This document shows, piece after piece, positions 39,354 through 51,700 of a stretch of DNA of 64,000 nt (position 1 is its first letter; each line of letters begins with the position of its first letter). A model generated the notes under the pieces. That model saw only the letters and a program-made list of their open reading frames with translations, was not told the origin of the DNA and ran no database searches. The stretch lies in the NCBI GenBank assembly GCA_030704615.1, contig CM060732.1, positions 5,642,001 to 5,706,000 on the forward strand, in the 5' to 3' direction. A program made the position numbers and the translations under genes. This DNA comes from Takakia lepidozioides. Its lineage: Eukaryota; Plantae; Bryophyta.

Positions 39354-41532
39354 CAGTGTTTTTATTTCTGGCGAAATTTCACACTTTTTCGACCTGGCCA
39401 TCCCTCTTGCGACAGGTGTAAGGGAAAAAAATTATTAAATTTAAGATTTTTCGCCCAAAGACGGGCCATCGCTCTAGCCTGATCGCGCCTTGCTCTATCA
39501 CGAGTGGCTACGATTCGCCCACATTAGCGAGATGATGGGCTTCGTGGCAGCCTGCAACCGCCCTCCGGCAAGTGCTGTCGCCCGCTCAACCACCTCCCAG
39601 TCTTACAGTTCATCACTCACTCCTCCTCTCACACATAGGGTTCGGTATAGCCGTGGAACCTTCTCATTCCTTCTGTAGCAACGTGACCAGCTTACTAGGT
39701 AGGGCAAGCAGTTAAGATACAGATTTGGTGTGCGATATTTGGCGTGCAGTACGGATGAGCGCCGGCAGTAGTAAAGAATGGATATGGCTGAAAGATATGT
39801 TTTAAGCTTGCATTCCTGACTGGCTATGGTGGGGCTGAGCATTGAGGATTGCCATGGCCTGCAAAGATAAGTATCTGCTCCGTGCTATTGCCATTGAGTT
39901 TTGTGCATTTCTGATTTGTGAGGTTTGTGATCTTCAAGCTGTAACTCAAGAGTCATTACTTTCAAAGTGAGTGTTGGAATAGTGATCGATCATTTCCCTG
40001 CTTCTGATCATCTTGCTCTCTATCAGCCTGTAGATTGAAGTCAGGTATGTGGGAATGGGTCCTCTAAAACTGCCGAGTAACTTCTTATGTTTTTTCTTCC
40101 AGGGGTTCCTGAATCTCATTCACCCAGCCTGAATTCATCCCACAGTAGTTCAGCTAGTGCAGGCCTATCACATAGTGGGTATCAAACTGTCTCACCACCA
40201 CAAGGAACCTCTTCAAATGGTGGAACATCTAGTGTCAGTCCCTGCACTCATGTTGTTGGTGAATCTAGCTTTGCACAGTTGATTTTGTCCACAAATGAAG
40301 CCTCTCCTAGCAACAAGAAGAGGAAACAAGCCCAATATGACCTAAACAGAAAGTTTCAAGATGTTTGGGCTGCTAGATTTACATGGGCAGAAAGTGTTGT
40401 GGGGGGATGGCATGATTCATTCTGTAAGGTGCAAGGTCTGCTCCAGAATTGAGGGGAAAGACAAAACTTGTGCCTAAGTTAGATTCCTTGACCAAACATG
40501 CAGGTAAGAGGAAGGCAACAGTTGTCATGCCTGGAGTACCAGTGAGGAAGTTTTACTACAGCAAAGAGAGCCAACATTGCAAGAATGAAGCTCTGTATGG
40601 AGCTTCCTTGAGGGATTCAGTGATTCAGATGCAAATTGCTGGAGAGGTGGCCCAAGATAAGAGGAAGTTGGTCCAATTTATTGCTGTTTTCCACATCCTT
40701 AACCAAGGTAAGCCCACGACTGACTATGAGGGGTTGAAAGATCTTTTCAAGCGGCTGAAAGTAAAGAATACTCCAAACAAGCATTGGTCCGATAACAACG
40801 GCTGGGAGATGGCGGAATGCATGGATTCAGAAGTCTTGCAAGCCATTAGGGAGGCTGTGAAGGCATCTAGGTACATTTCAGTATCATGCGATGAAATAAC
40901 CTCAATTGATAACCAAAATTGGGCATCTGTTCATGTTTATTGTGTCCAAAATTGGCGAAGAATACCCATACTGCTCACATTGGAGAGACTTGTAGATGGT
41001 GCAAATGCGGATGCATTGAAGAGAGTCATAGTTGAAGCCCTCTTGATTGGTGGAGGTCTGACGAGGGAGAAATTGGCTCAAAGTCTGGTTTCATTTGGCG
41101 CAGATGGTGTGAGTGTCTTTCAGGGCATGCAGACAGGTGTCACTGTGCAATTGCAGCAGAAAGATGCTCCTCACATGGTAGGGATCCATTGTATGGCCCA
41201 CCACACCAATTTGGCAGTCCAAACTTTGAGTGACCTCAGCTTGGTGAATCGGCTGGAAACTTTCCTGCAATCCTTGCATTCTTATTTTGCACATAGTCCA
41301 AAAAGTCACCTTGAATTTCAGAAGCTAGCCGAGTTGATGGAGACTAAGGATAACAAAATTCTTCGGAACATTAAAACCCGGTGGATCAGTATGCTCAAAC
41401 CAGCCATGAGAGTTATGGCTGAGTATAGGACTCTTATGGTTAAGATGGCGTTGGCCAGCGTGGGGGAGGCCAAAGCAGCTTCCAACCTTGACCTCCTTGT
41501 TGATATTGAGCTTTTCTTGGGTTTGTGTTGTG
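39354..41532 (+). mobile_element. hAT transposon with ZNF862-like transposase, frameshifted and 3'-truncated
   Basis: Candidate left end CAGTGTTTTTATTTCTGGCGAAATTTC at 39354; zinc-finger region KFQDVWAARF..C..C..KH, SCDEITSID, FGADG, HCMAH (CxxH), KTRWIS; ORF breaks off at the LTR-like start. Confidence 0.85.
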
Positions 41533-42223
41533 TGTCAAGTTAAATAAACACAGTGTGAAACTAACTAGAATAAAGCTAGTTATTTGTATTTAACACTTGG
41601 ATTTAGTTCAAGTGTTAAGTCAGGTGTCAAGTTTAGCTTGACACCTGAACCATCTTATCTTCACGAGAGCGTCAGTCGCGCGGCTCATCTCTCTCGAGTT
41701 GAGCCTGCACGACCGAGCTCCTTCACTGCTTAGAATCTGAGTGTGCTTATGAAGGGAGAATAGGATGTTGTGGGGTGGAGTCCCCATAGCTTGGGGTGCC
41801 CCTGGCTCGACTCTTAGTTTAACGAGTGATGGTGTTGTATTTCATGTTCTTGTGTCAACAGTGTGAGTCTAAGTTACTATCACTCGAGAGAGATGATCTC
41901 TTACCTGTGAGTGCAAGGTAGGAGTTGAGGGTTAGCACTTGTATGATTACCTGTGTGTAAGTAGTGCTTAGTTTCAGAAGTTTTAAAAAAAAAACAAAAA
42001 AAAAAAAAAAAAAAAAACATGCATGTTTCGATTATCTCTGATTTCTGGGTATATAGATGGTCATGGGAAGCATAGCAATCAGAGGAGGGCTCCTGCCTCT
42101 TGGTTTTGGTTGGTGGTGACAGTAGGAACTCAGACTCATTGTATGGTGTGCGAGTAGTGAAGGCCGAATGAGAAGCGGTTGTCGTGCTTATGGGTCAGCT
42201 TGGCAAGGACGCCGAGAGGATGA

Positions 42224-43063
42224 CCAGGAGAGGATGGAGCAGGGCTGGGGCCAGGAAGCACAAGTCTGGCGGACACCAAATCACCACCTCGGAAAAGACC
42301 AAAGTTGTTGACAACGGAGGAGCTAGATGTGCTTTGTGGGGTGGTGACGGGGCAATCTGGTGCCTGTTGTCGCCGATCCTTGACCTGTAAATTGCACATT
42401 GAAGCAAACAAACGGGCAGTAACAGGAAGGCGGAAACCATTCGAAGTGTTGCTGCAGCAGTTCAAAGCCAACAATAATCGCCCTCAGTATGGCGGGAAGC
42501 TGCATGATACGGCTGAGGTTAATCCCTTACCAATGGCCACCAAGGACTGTTTGAGACACCATCAACGTATGCGTGCAGTTTTAGGCTCTCTTTTCCGTGA
42601 TGCAAGCACTCGAGCCATCCCTAATGCAGGGACAAGCCCTGATGATACTCTATCAGAACCTGGTGGGCAACTGCCATCTGCACTTGCTCTCTCTTCAGAC
42701 CAATCTTCAGACCTGTAGACCAAGGTTCAGCCCTTAGGTTCCAGTCAGAAGAAGCTTCGAAAGCAAAGAGACAAGAAGCTCTTGCCTGTGTAAGCCTCGC
42801 AGCTAACACATGTGAAGTCAGAACCAGGACCTCTGCAACCTCTAGACCATGCTCGGCCAGGGACAACAACTGGCCAGGGCGGTGCTCCAGGTCTCCAGCA
42901 TTTAGACAGCAAATTTGGGACCGGTGGAATCTCTTTGGAGAACGGGCAGTCAGTTGCAGGGAATGGCCGACTTTCCCAAGGCTCTCCTGCGCTGGGCACT
43001 AGTGTGCCTGGTGTTTCAGGGAATGCAACACAACAATCTTTGGGAGGTGTTTCGGTCATATGA
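42224..43063 (+). pseudogene. Ataxin-7/Sgf73-like fragment with SCA7 zinc-binding domain
   Basis: PPRKRPK basic motif then LDVLCGVVTGQSGACCRRSLTCKLHIEANKRAVTGRRKPFEVLL, matching the SCA7 consensus (D..CGV..C.RSLTCK.H..KRAV.GR..F..LL); frame continues through stops at 42716 and ~42791. Confidence 0.8.
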
Positions 43064-45297
43064 CATGATCTGAGGGTATTTTGCAGTGCATTGTTACGAG
43101 GCACAACATTTGGAATAAGTCTGCGAGAAGCGTGCGCCGTGTGTTACCAAAATCTTAGGTTTTGTACCCTGGGGGCTGATGCAGATTGGGCGAGGCAAAA
43201 GCGCAGAACTTGGTAGAGCTAGACGAGTTAGTAGGATTTAGATTCTGTTCCTCTGAAGATTAGTTCCTTGCATTATATGAGGAGAGGTAATTGAGGTCTG
43301 TTAGAGATGAACTGCGATGGTTTGCTAGGTTGGAGCGACTGATGACATGGCTGAAATCTGGTCTGAGGGAGTGTGATTAAGACAGGGTATAACCCACTTA
43401 GGTGTGGGAAAATGCCTTGATAGACAAGTGATCAACTGAAGGGGCAGATGTGTGACTCAGGCTCCACATAATTCATTTACATGTGCTTGCAATAGAAGCT
43501 TGGCAACCCTGATGAAGAGCGAAGGAGTTCATTGTGGGTGGTCAAAGTTGGAGTTGTTCAGATTGCTTCCGTGAGGCATGTGCACGTCAAGTGTGGCATG
43601 GAAGGGTGTGCTAGATGGAGTGGATGGGAAGGATCAAAGCCCCAGAGTCGGCATAGCTACAGATCTTGGCTGGAGCAGAGCAGTTCACCAGTGTATGTTT
43701 GAAACACCTGTAGGTGAAATCCAGGGAATCTGTGAGAACTACATGGACGTGTTGGGAACTCGTAGATGACTTGGGAGCAGTTTTTAATGGCGAGAACGTT
43801 TTGGTGTTAAAAAAAAAAAAAACCCCTTTTGATCTAATTTAAATGATTTAGAGCCTAATTGGTCATATCTTTGTCAAATAGACTCCGTTTGACTCAGTTT
43901 TTGGGGGGATAGCTGCAGAAAGGGGAAATCTACCTATCTAGAAATCTACCTATTTTTGGACTCTGCTAAAAATCTATGGATTTTTTTTGAGTGTGAGTGT
44001 GCTATGAAAGATCCACAATTCTGTTTCTAGAACCTGTTGTGGTCTACATGAGAGACAAATCTGGGGATGTCCTCCCTGTATGGCTGGGGGAAATGAGGAC
44101 GTAATTGAAGGGCATGTCTCTTCTCTTAGCCTGTGCACACAAGGGGACAAGATTTATGTTTCTCAAGGAACTCAGACTGATTTGAGTGGAGAGTAGTTGG
44201 ACGAGTTGATTGCATACTGGGAGTCAAGCAATAGCAATAGACAACAAACTGTAGTAGTTGGCGTTGAGGGCCTCAATATTGCTTTGGACAGTCAGAACTC
44301 TGTTGGAGCAGGCAGTTCTGTAGCTGTAGGTGAAATACCAAAGTGGGTGGAAGCTAGGCTTGGAACACAGCCAAAGACAGCCCCGGGGACCAAGGTGTTC
44401 AGCCACAAGGCCGTGGTGTACTGGAGCAGAGGAGCAGGAGCTACACAAGTTTTTGCAATCAGACATGGTTGCAGCTGGACACGCTCTACATGAGGCAACC
44501 ACGAGCGGGGGTTCATTAGCAAGGAAAAGTTTGTTCTGCTTGAAGGAGATGCAGTCATTTGCAATGAGGACACCCGCAACTATCTCAAAGCTTTCGAGTT
44601 GAGAGACTGTCAGACCCTACCTTTATTTTCTTTAGTGTTCAGTGAGCGGGAGATAGGGAAGTATTGTTTTGTCTCTACCTGGCAGAGACAGGAGGAGGGT
44701 TGGTTAGAGCGAGCTACTGTAGCTTAGGATAAGGTTAGTGGCAGGTTTCTGGACATAGATATACCTCCCACACCTTACCATCATGCAGAGCGAGGCACTT
44801 TGAGAGAAGTCTGGCAGTTGATAGCATAGATCATAATTAGATCTTGTTTGGTCGGACCTCTATTCTTCCCCTCCATCTCTTTACTATTTTCATTATTTTG
44901 TACTTGTAGTTGCCAAAGCCTCTCTTGGTGGAGGCCAGTCAATCCGGGGTTTTTGGGCTGGGGAATTCTGCAGGAGCAGCACTTGTGTTTGGTTTCTGCA
45001 TGCTTGACTATGCGCCATGTTGGTTTTGTGTGGGCACTTGCTTTCATAGGGATTAGGCCGGATTTGATCACCGGTCAATCCTAGAGTATGCTGTCGGTGG
45101 TGAGGCTGGAGTGATGACCAGCAAGACCACCAGTGTTTCTTCTATGGTGAGGCTGGGTTGATGACCAGCCAACCATAGGAGTTCTTGCGGTGGATGCAGG
45201 TGCAGGTGCCCTTAGCCACTGGGATATGACCCTTAATCCGCAACAGGTGCTCACCCGTGTCACTATTAGAATTAGTACTAGAGCCTTATAGTGTTAC

Positions 45298-46416
45298 GTG
45301 GGGGAGGTGCGGGTTGTGAGTGTCATCACGGAGTTACCCAAGGGTTTTGAGGGGAGTACGGCTATAGGCAGTAGTAGTGAGAGTGGGTTCACCAGACAAG
45401 GTGTTCGTTTCAAACCACCTTCACCTCCACCCTCAACTAGTGCAGAGTCAGACACAGACTCGGAAGCTTCATCAACAGGTGTGCAGTTTCATTCGCCATT
45501 GTTGTGGGACGACATGGAGGAGATGTATGGAGCTACCAAGGGGCCTCGTAGGTACTCTGGAGCTATGGGCACAATCGAGCTAGATGACTTTATCCAGGAG
45601 TTCGACAGCTGGTGTGATTTGCAGCAGATGCGCAATCCACAGCTGTTCATCCCATTCATGGCGTGGAAGGGACTGTTCCGGCATTTGGAAGGCCCGCCTA
45701 TGGATGATTACCACGAGTTCATGCGAGGACATGAAGCAGAGATTGAGGAGTGGAGGATGTATTGGTCACCTGACTACGTCTCCATTACTTGAGGCACGAC
45801 GCGACCAGTAGCTGCATCAGCACCAATATCTCCCACTGTCAGCACTAGTAGTGGAACAAGTAGTGTCGGTACTTCTGCAGGTGGTACCAATTCAAAAGAT
45901 GCTACTACTCCTCCTGCCACGACTACAACACATGTGCCTAGATTCAACCCGGTGGTGGAGTTCTTCCAGGAGTTGCGGACGAACTACCAAGGCGTACGGA
46001 CAGAGAAGCTGCGAAGTTTGTAAGACTTCCAGCACAAATCCAGTGAGAGCTTGCGAGAGGCCTACACTCGTATGAGGCGCTTGATAAGTGTGACCCAAGG
46101 GGTTACTGAAGCTCAGGCAGTCCAGTTCCGGTATGGAATTTTGGACAAGGAGCTCAGGAGAAGGGTGCGGGATGCAACCCTATTACAAGCGGCCCAACCC
46201 ACATTAGCAGATGTGTTTCTGCAGGCTGAGCGGATTGAGCTCAACATGGTGGAAGAGCGAGTTATTACCATTGGATTTGGCAATGGCATGCCTGCACGAG
46301 GCGCAGCTGCCAGCCAACAGGTACAAGGGACTGCCCAACAGCGTGGTAGGGGGGCAAGGTTGCCCAACCCAAATTCCATGGAGCTTACAGGGGACCTCAG
46401 GTGCAGAGGCCAGTAG
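45298..46416 (+). pseudogene. Retrotransposon gag (capsid-like), with in-frame stops
   Basis: YSG..LDDFIQEFDSWC..; L*DFQHKSSESLREAYTRMRRL (major-homology-like), ..GILDKELRRRV; stops at ~45790 and ~46021. Confidence 0.75.
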
Positions 46417-46455
46417 CTTCTTTTGCAGGCCAACAGCAACCAAGGGTGGTATGTT

Positions 46456-46870
46456 CACTAGAAGCATTCGTGTCTTTTCCGAATCGACTGCATGTCCAAA
46501 ACCACTGAGGGAACAACTTTGAGATGTTTGTTACTACTGCACAGTCGTAACGGATAAATTCACATTTCTAATGGCGGATAGAAGTTGCATCAATGACTCC
46601 GCAGTCGGCACAATATTCGCGGCGATTTAATTCAATGACATAAATTGTTTTTTTTTTTAAAAACAGCAATTACAAGTGGTTTTAAGCACTAGAGAACGAC
46701 TCTTAACAACTAGGCATTCATTGCACACCCTATTCAAAAATGGAATTTTTATAAGTGCTCCACATGGCTCATGACGTGGAATATTTTAATGTATTTTAGG
46801 GCTTGTGTGGCTCATAGAGATTGTTCTAATCGTCGGATGTAAAATGATCTAAGGATGGAACAGTAATTTT
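46456..46870 (+). mobile_element. Possible CACTA-type element end truncating the gag
   Basis: CACTAGAAG at the point where gag-like sequence gives way to AT-rich non-coding DNA; no partner TIR found. Confidence 0.3.
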
Positions 46871-47299
46871 GTCCTTTGCCTGAATTTGTCTAAGTGTTGG
46901 GAGAGGGATGGAGGCTTGAGAGAGAGACGAACAAGTGATGCGAGAAGGACGAAGACCAAATCGAGGCCCATGTCCTGTTGTTGCAAGCGTTTATGGTGTC
47001 AAGGGCACATTATGTGCAAATGTGGGCTCTTGGCTCCCCTTTGTACCATGATTTGGTATTCTTCCTGATGATCACAAGGTTCTTGGGGGAATCAGCTTGG
47101 TCTTAGCAACCCATATTATAATCTCTGCCCGCTCAGCTGCACCGTGGTGGTTCTTACGAACCAATCCCACATTACCTGACTAGAGATACAAGCAGCACGC
47201 ACAAGAGGTCTTCTTGGGTTCATGGTCAGTCTAATCCGCAATGGGTCATGACACAAGGTAGAGGACAATGTGGTGAGGGCACCTTCTTCTTCGAGCTAT

Positions 47300-48130
47300 T
47301 TCAGCCTGTTTTGCCGAGATGTAGTGTCGTGGAGTGCGATGCTTGCAGGGTATGCACAGCAGGGACGTGGGATGGAGGCTTTGGAGACCTATGAAGTTGC
47401 GAAGGGAGAGTTTGATAACATGGCTGAACAAGATGTTGTCTCAAGGAACACGCTGAATCTCGCAAGATATGGCCAGCATGTGTGCGGGATGAGGGCATTG
47501 GAGACATATGAGCAAATGTTGAGAAGAGGTGCAGCCTGACCGGGTCACGTTCATTTGTGTTTGCAATGCATGTGCAAACCTGGCAGCCCTGGAGACTTGG
47601 TAAAGGGCAAAGAGGTCCATCGTGACATTGTCAAAGCTGGAACTGTACCAGATGTAACAATACCTCGTCGACATGTATGCCAAACGTGGGAGCATTCCCT
47701 TGTGGACAAGGAGTGTTTAACATATGGCTGAGCGAAATGTGGTGTGGTGGAACGCGATGATCGCAGGACATGCACAACATGGGCGGGGATTGCGGGTTTG
47801 GAGACCTATGAGCAAATGATGTGGGTCTAGGGGGTGAAGCCCGAGCACATTATGTTTGTTTGTTTGTGTTTGTAGTGCATGTGCGAGCCTGTTGGACAAG
47901 GGCAAAGAGGTCCATGGTTGCATCGTTAAAGCTGGAATTGTGGTAGATGTCATTCTGAACATGAATACCCTTCTAGATAGGGAGTGTTCAACAATATGGC
48001 TGAGCGAAATGTGGTGTCGTGGAAAGTGATGATCGCAGGACATGCACAACAAGGGCGGGGATTGCAGGTTTTGGAGACCTATGAGCAGTTTGATGTGGGA
48101 GGGGGTGAAGTCCGACCACATTACGTTCAG
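47300..48130 (+). pseudogene. Degenerate PLS-class PPR repeats
   Basis: About four repeats of RDVVSW.AM.AG.AQ.GRG..ALETYEQM..PD.VTF..AC..GKEVH..IVKAG with frameshifts. Confidence 0.88.
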
Positions 48131-48798
48131 AGAGTTCAAATGCCTCTCCACCATGACCTTGCTTAGCTAACCATGCCTTGCTGATGTTGTTGTCTTGCAC
48201 TTGAGCTGTTTTTGGACACTGGCTGGAACATCCACAAGGCGGCTCTGCTCGAGAGAGAAATCAGCTTGAATGCAGGGGCAGATTTTGAGATCACAATCGC
48301 CACTCAGAACGTTGTTCTTTGCACCGGCATGGCATGTCAGCATGCATATCAGCCGAAACTCATTACTCCGTGAGCCTTCCACTGCCGGAGTGTGCCCATT
48401 CAAGCCAAATCTTCGAAACGCAGGGATGGAACGGGGTTTTGAAACCAGCATTGCCTAACTGGATACCCAATTCAGCTCCGCATCTTGGTCCATTAATCTG
48501 CTGCACATTGTGAAGTTTTCTGCCCGTTCACCGCAAGTTGAAGAAGGAGTATTCTTAAAACACGGGTACTCATAATCTGAAAATGGCTCCAGCTTATGTT
48601 GCTTGAGTGCGAATATGAGTGTGGTTGGCTTGGCAGCTTTACATCTGGTCCATCCCACTCGATATGATGAGCAGGTTCAGCTTGACTTCTCTCACACAAA
48701 AGACGCTGCCAAGATGGGGTTTGCTGCCCTAGATGACTTCCCGTCGTTGTTCTGGGCTGCAACATACAATTAATCTGGTCCATGGCGAAGGGCCTTGC

Positions 48799-51700
48799 CC
48801 GGGGGGTGCACTCTTTATAAACTGTGCGTATCACGTGCGTTTGTCGCCTAATAAAAAAAACCCCAGTATACGGGTCATTGGATAATTTATACCCCCTCTG
48901 TACATACTTTTTGAAGATTATAAAATCCCCTCCTGTAAATATACAAAATTTACAATTTTCGAAAAGTACCCCCTTCTGTATGTATATTCTCATTTTTCAT
49001 CATTAAAAATAACCCTCCAATATGTATATGTATGTTTTTATATTATATCGAATTTATTCATTTAAAACATAATAAAATCTAACAAATTAATTAAAAAAAT
49101 TATTTGTCTTTGATAAAGTTGTCAAAGACTTTTCGATCATTTGCATCAAGAACATATGTGTTTGACTTGACATTGTACTTTAAACATGCTAACGCGATAA
49201 TGGAATCCAAATCAACCATCATGTTATCCGTCAAATCGTACGTATAGACCCCTCCTCGAATTTTTTGGTACCATGCTAACCCAATCTCCATATGAGAAGG
49301 ACGCTCCAATAAATCAACATAATCCCTACATTCTACAAACCGCTTATTGATTTTCTTCCGCATTCTTTGAACCCTGCCCAAATACCAAGTGCCTTTGGTT
49401 GCTCCTCTGCAGGTTTTCTCTGGTCTACCTTTCCTGTTTGTAGTTTGGATCGCAGTCTCCCCATCAACAAAAAATACAGCACAATCCGAACCAATCCCAA
49501 GCTCGTGGCTTTGTTGCTGGTAGTTGGTTTGTTTTCTCGGCAAAACAACATCGATGCACTTCTTACTCGTGTCAATCTATCCTTGGATAGAGTAGGGTTG
49601 CCATTGAGTTGGCTAACCAAAGTGCTTTTGAATATGGTCTTCTCGTCTACTTTGACAAATGGAACCACTGCCTTCGATCCATCTTTCTCTTGTTCAAACT
49701 CATCAATGACAGCATCCAGAGTATGTCTCAATTCACTTTGAACAAGTACCTCTTCCGCATGATCATCCAAAGGTTGGCTCAAAACATCCTCCATTGAATT
49801 CGAAGGCCCGCACACCAATTCATCTTCCACGACCTCATTTTGAATATGTGTGTCTGCATTAAGAGGACAAATAGAATCTATGGCATTGACATCATCACCC
49901 TCCTCTTCCATGCTTTTGAATAGCTCGACCTCCATTTGTCTCTCAATTGTCCATGGCTCATTCCACCAATCCAAGTTTGTTGCTTTGTTTGGTTTCATCC
50001 CAAGTTTATGGCATAAAAGTTGCGCTTCTAGAAATCCAGTTTTCAAAGCCTCCACAATGCAATCATCCGATTGGACAGTAGAAAAGTCGGACAAATCAGC
50101 AAGGGGGATACCTGGCTTCTTCTCCAAAGAAGACCATATGTGTTCTTGTTTCTTGTGAGCTCTTGAGAACTTGGGTCCTTTTGGATTCGCCTCGAACTCG
50201 GATATGCGTGTTAATGCTCCCGCACTCTCAATCAAATCACACCCGTCATATGTCCTCTCATTCCGTGACATACCTCCCACTTTGCTGAAGAATATTTCAC
50301 ACACATCTGAACCAACAAGGCTCAAAGGAACTTGCACATGATTAAACTTATCCTTGAACAATTTGATAAGTAGAACCACGTAGTGGCATGAAATTTGTAA
50401 ATCCAAGTATGCTTCCCTGCTAATGAAGAAGGATTTCAGATTATACACCTCGTGCTGGAATAGCCACAACTTCCACAATCTGAAAAAAAAATGATACCTT
50501 CGCAGCAGATTGTACCCTCTCACACAATGACATGTGAGGAGACAAAAAAATGTCGATGTAGCATGAAATGATGTATAGGTAAATTTCAGTACCTTTGGTC
50601 CTCTCTCTTCGATGATTCACAGTTGATTGTAACTCCCTCAAACAAGCTTGCACCTTCCGAGATGCCAGTCGTTGAGCTGCTGCCCAATTCTGTCGATCTT
50701 CTCTTTTGATATCACATTCCGAAGTCCATGCTTGTCCACTGAAAATGAATGGTAGACCAATAACACATGATTCAATGTAACAACCTCATCACCCAACACC
50801 AAAGTCCGTGATGCACTGTCCAAGGGATTTACCAATTTTTTCCCATTGTGGATGAGTCCTGATCATGGAGTCCGTATATATCTCCCCCGTTGCACACTCG
50901 ACTTGTAAACAACCATCCTTCCCAAGGGATGCAAAATCTATTTCCAGCCCCATTGGCATAATCTTCTAACATCACTTTTCTCCTCCTACTATCTCCGTCT
51001 GAAGCATGCCCAATTATAGGCCCAACCACGTCCCTCACATATTGTCCCACAACTGTCTCACCACTTCCCATTGTGATCTCACAAAATTGTTGTCAAATCT
51101 ATTGCAAGTGAGCTGGATTACCAATACCAATCGAGATAACCATACATGTAGAGGATTTGCTATCAACACTCTAGCATAATGGGCAACCACATTGTTTTTG
51201 AATGCCTCCACAATATGTTGGTACCCTGATTCCCCTTCTCCCACTTGCACCACAAAATTTGAAATACATACATGGTTGTCTTGAAGCCCACAAAACCCGA
51301 GAAGGGTGTCATCCCTAGCAATCCAACGTACCAATCGCTTCACAACAGTTTCATCTTCGGCCACCATCACTGGGGTGCTTCCCAATGGAATATTTGCATC
51401 TTCCATCACATCTCTGTAAATTCCAGCCACATGCTGAAATATATCATCCGTTTCTCCCGCTCTATACTTCAAACCTTTCCTCAAAGACCGTCTTGTAGTA
51501 TCAATAGAAGGACCCCCCACATTTGAAGCCAAAAAATGATGCAATCTCGGACCCCCCCCAAAGCTGCACAGTCTCAAACATTGTTTTTGTGCTAGTACCA
51601 TACCTCTTCCCTTGTGGAGACCTGTCAATATTCTTGCCCATATCAACAAGAAAATCCCACAAACTTTCTTTTCCTTCAAAATCCCCCCTCCTATGTGCAT

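Larger units (their letters stand above)
41533..46455 (+). mobile_element. Ty3/gypsy-like LTR retrotransposon, 5' part (putative LTR ~41533-41860, long leader, gag), truncated
   Basis: Begins TGTCAAG where the hAT ORF breaks; candidate LTR end TCAACA ~41860; A-runs at 41985 and 43809; gag-like ORF from 45298. Continuity of the whole span as one element is inferred. Confidence 0.6.
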
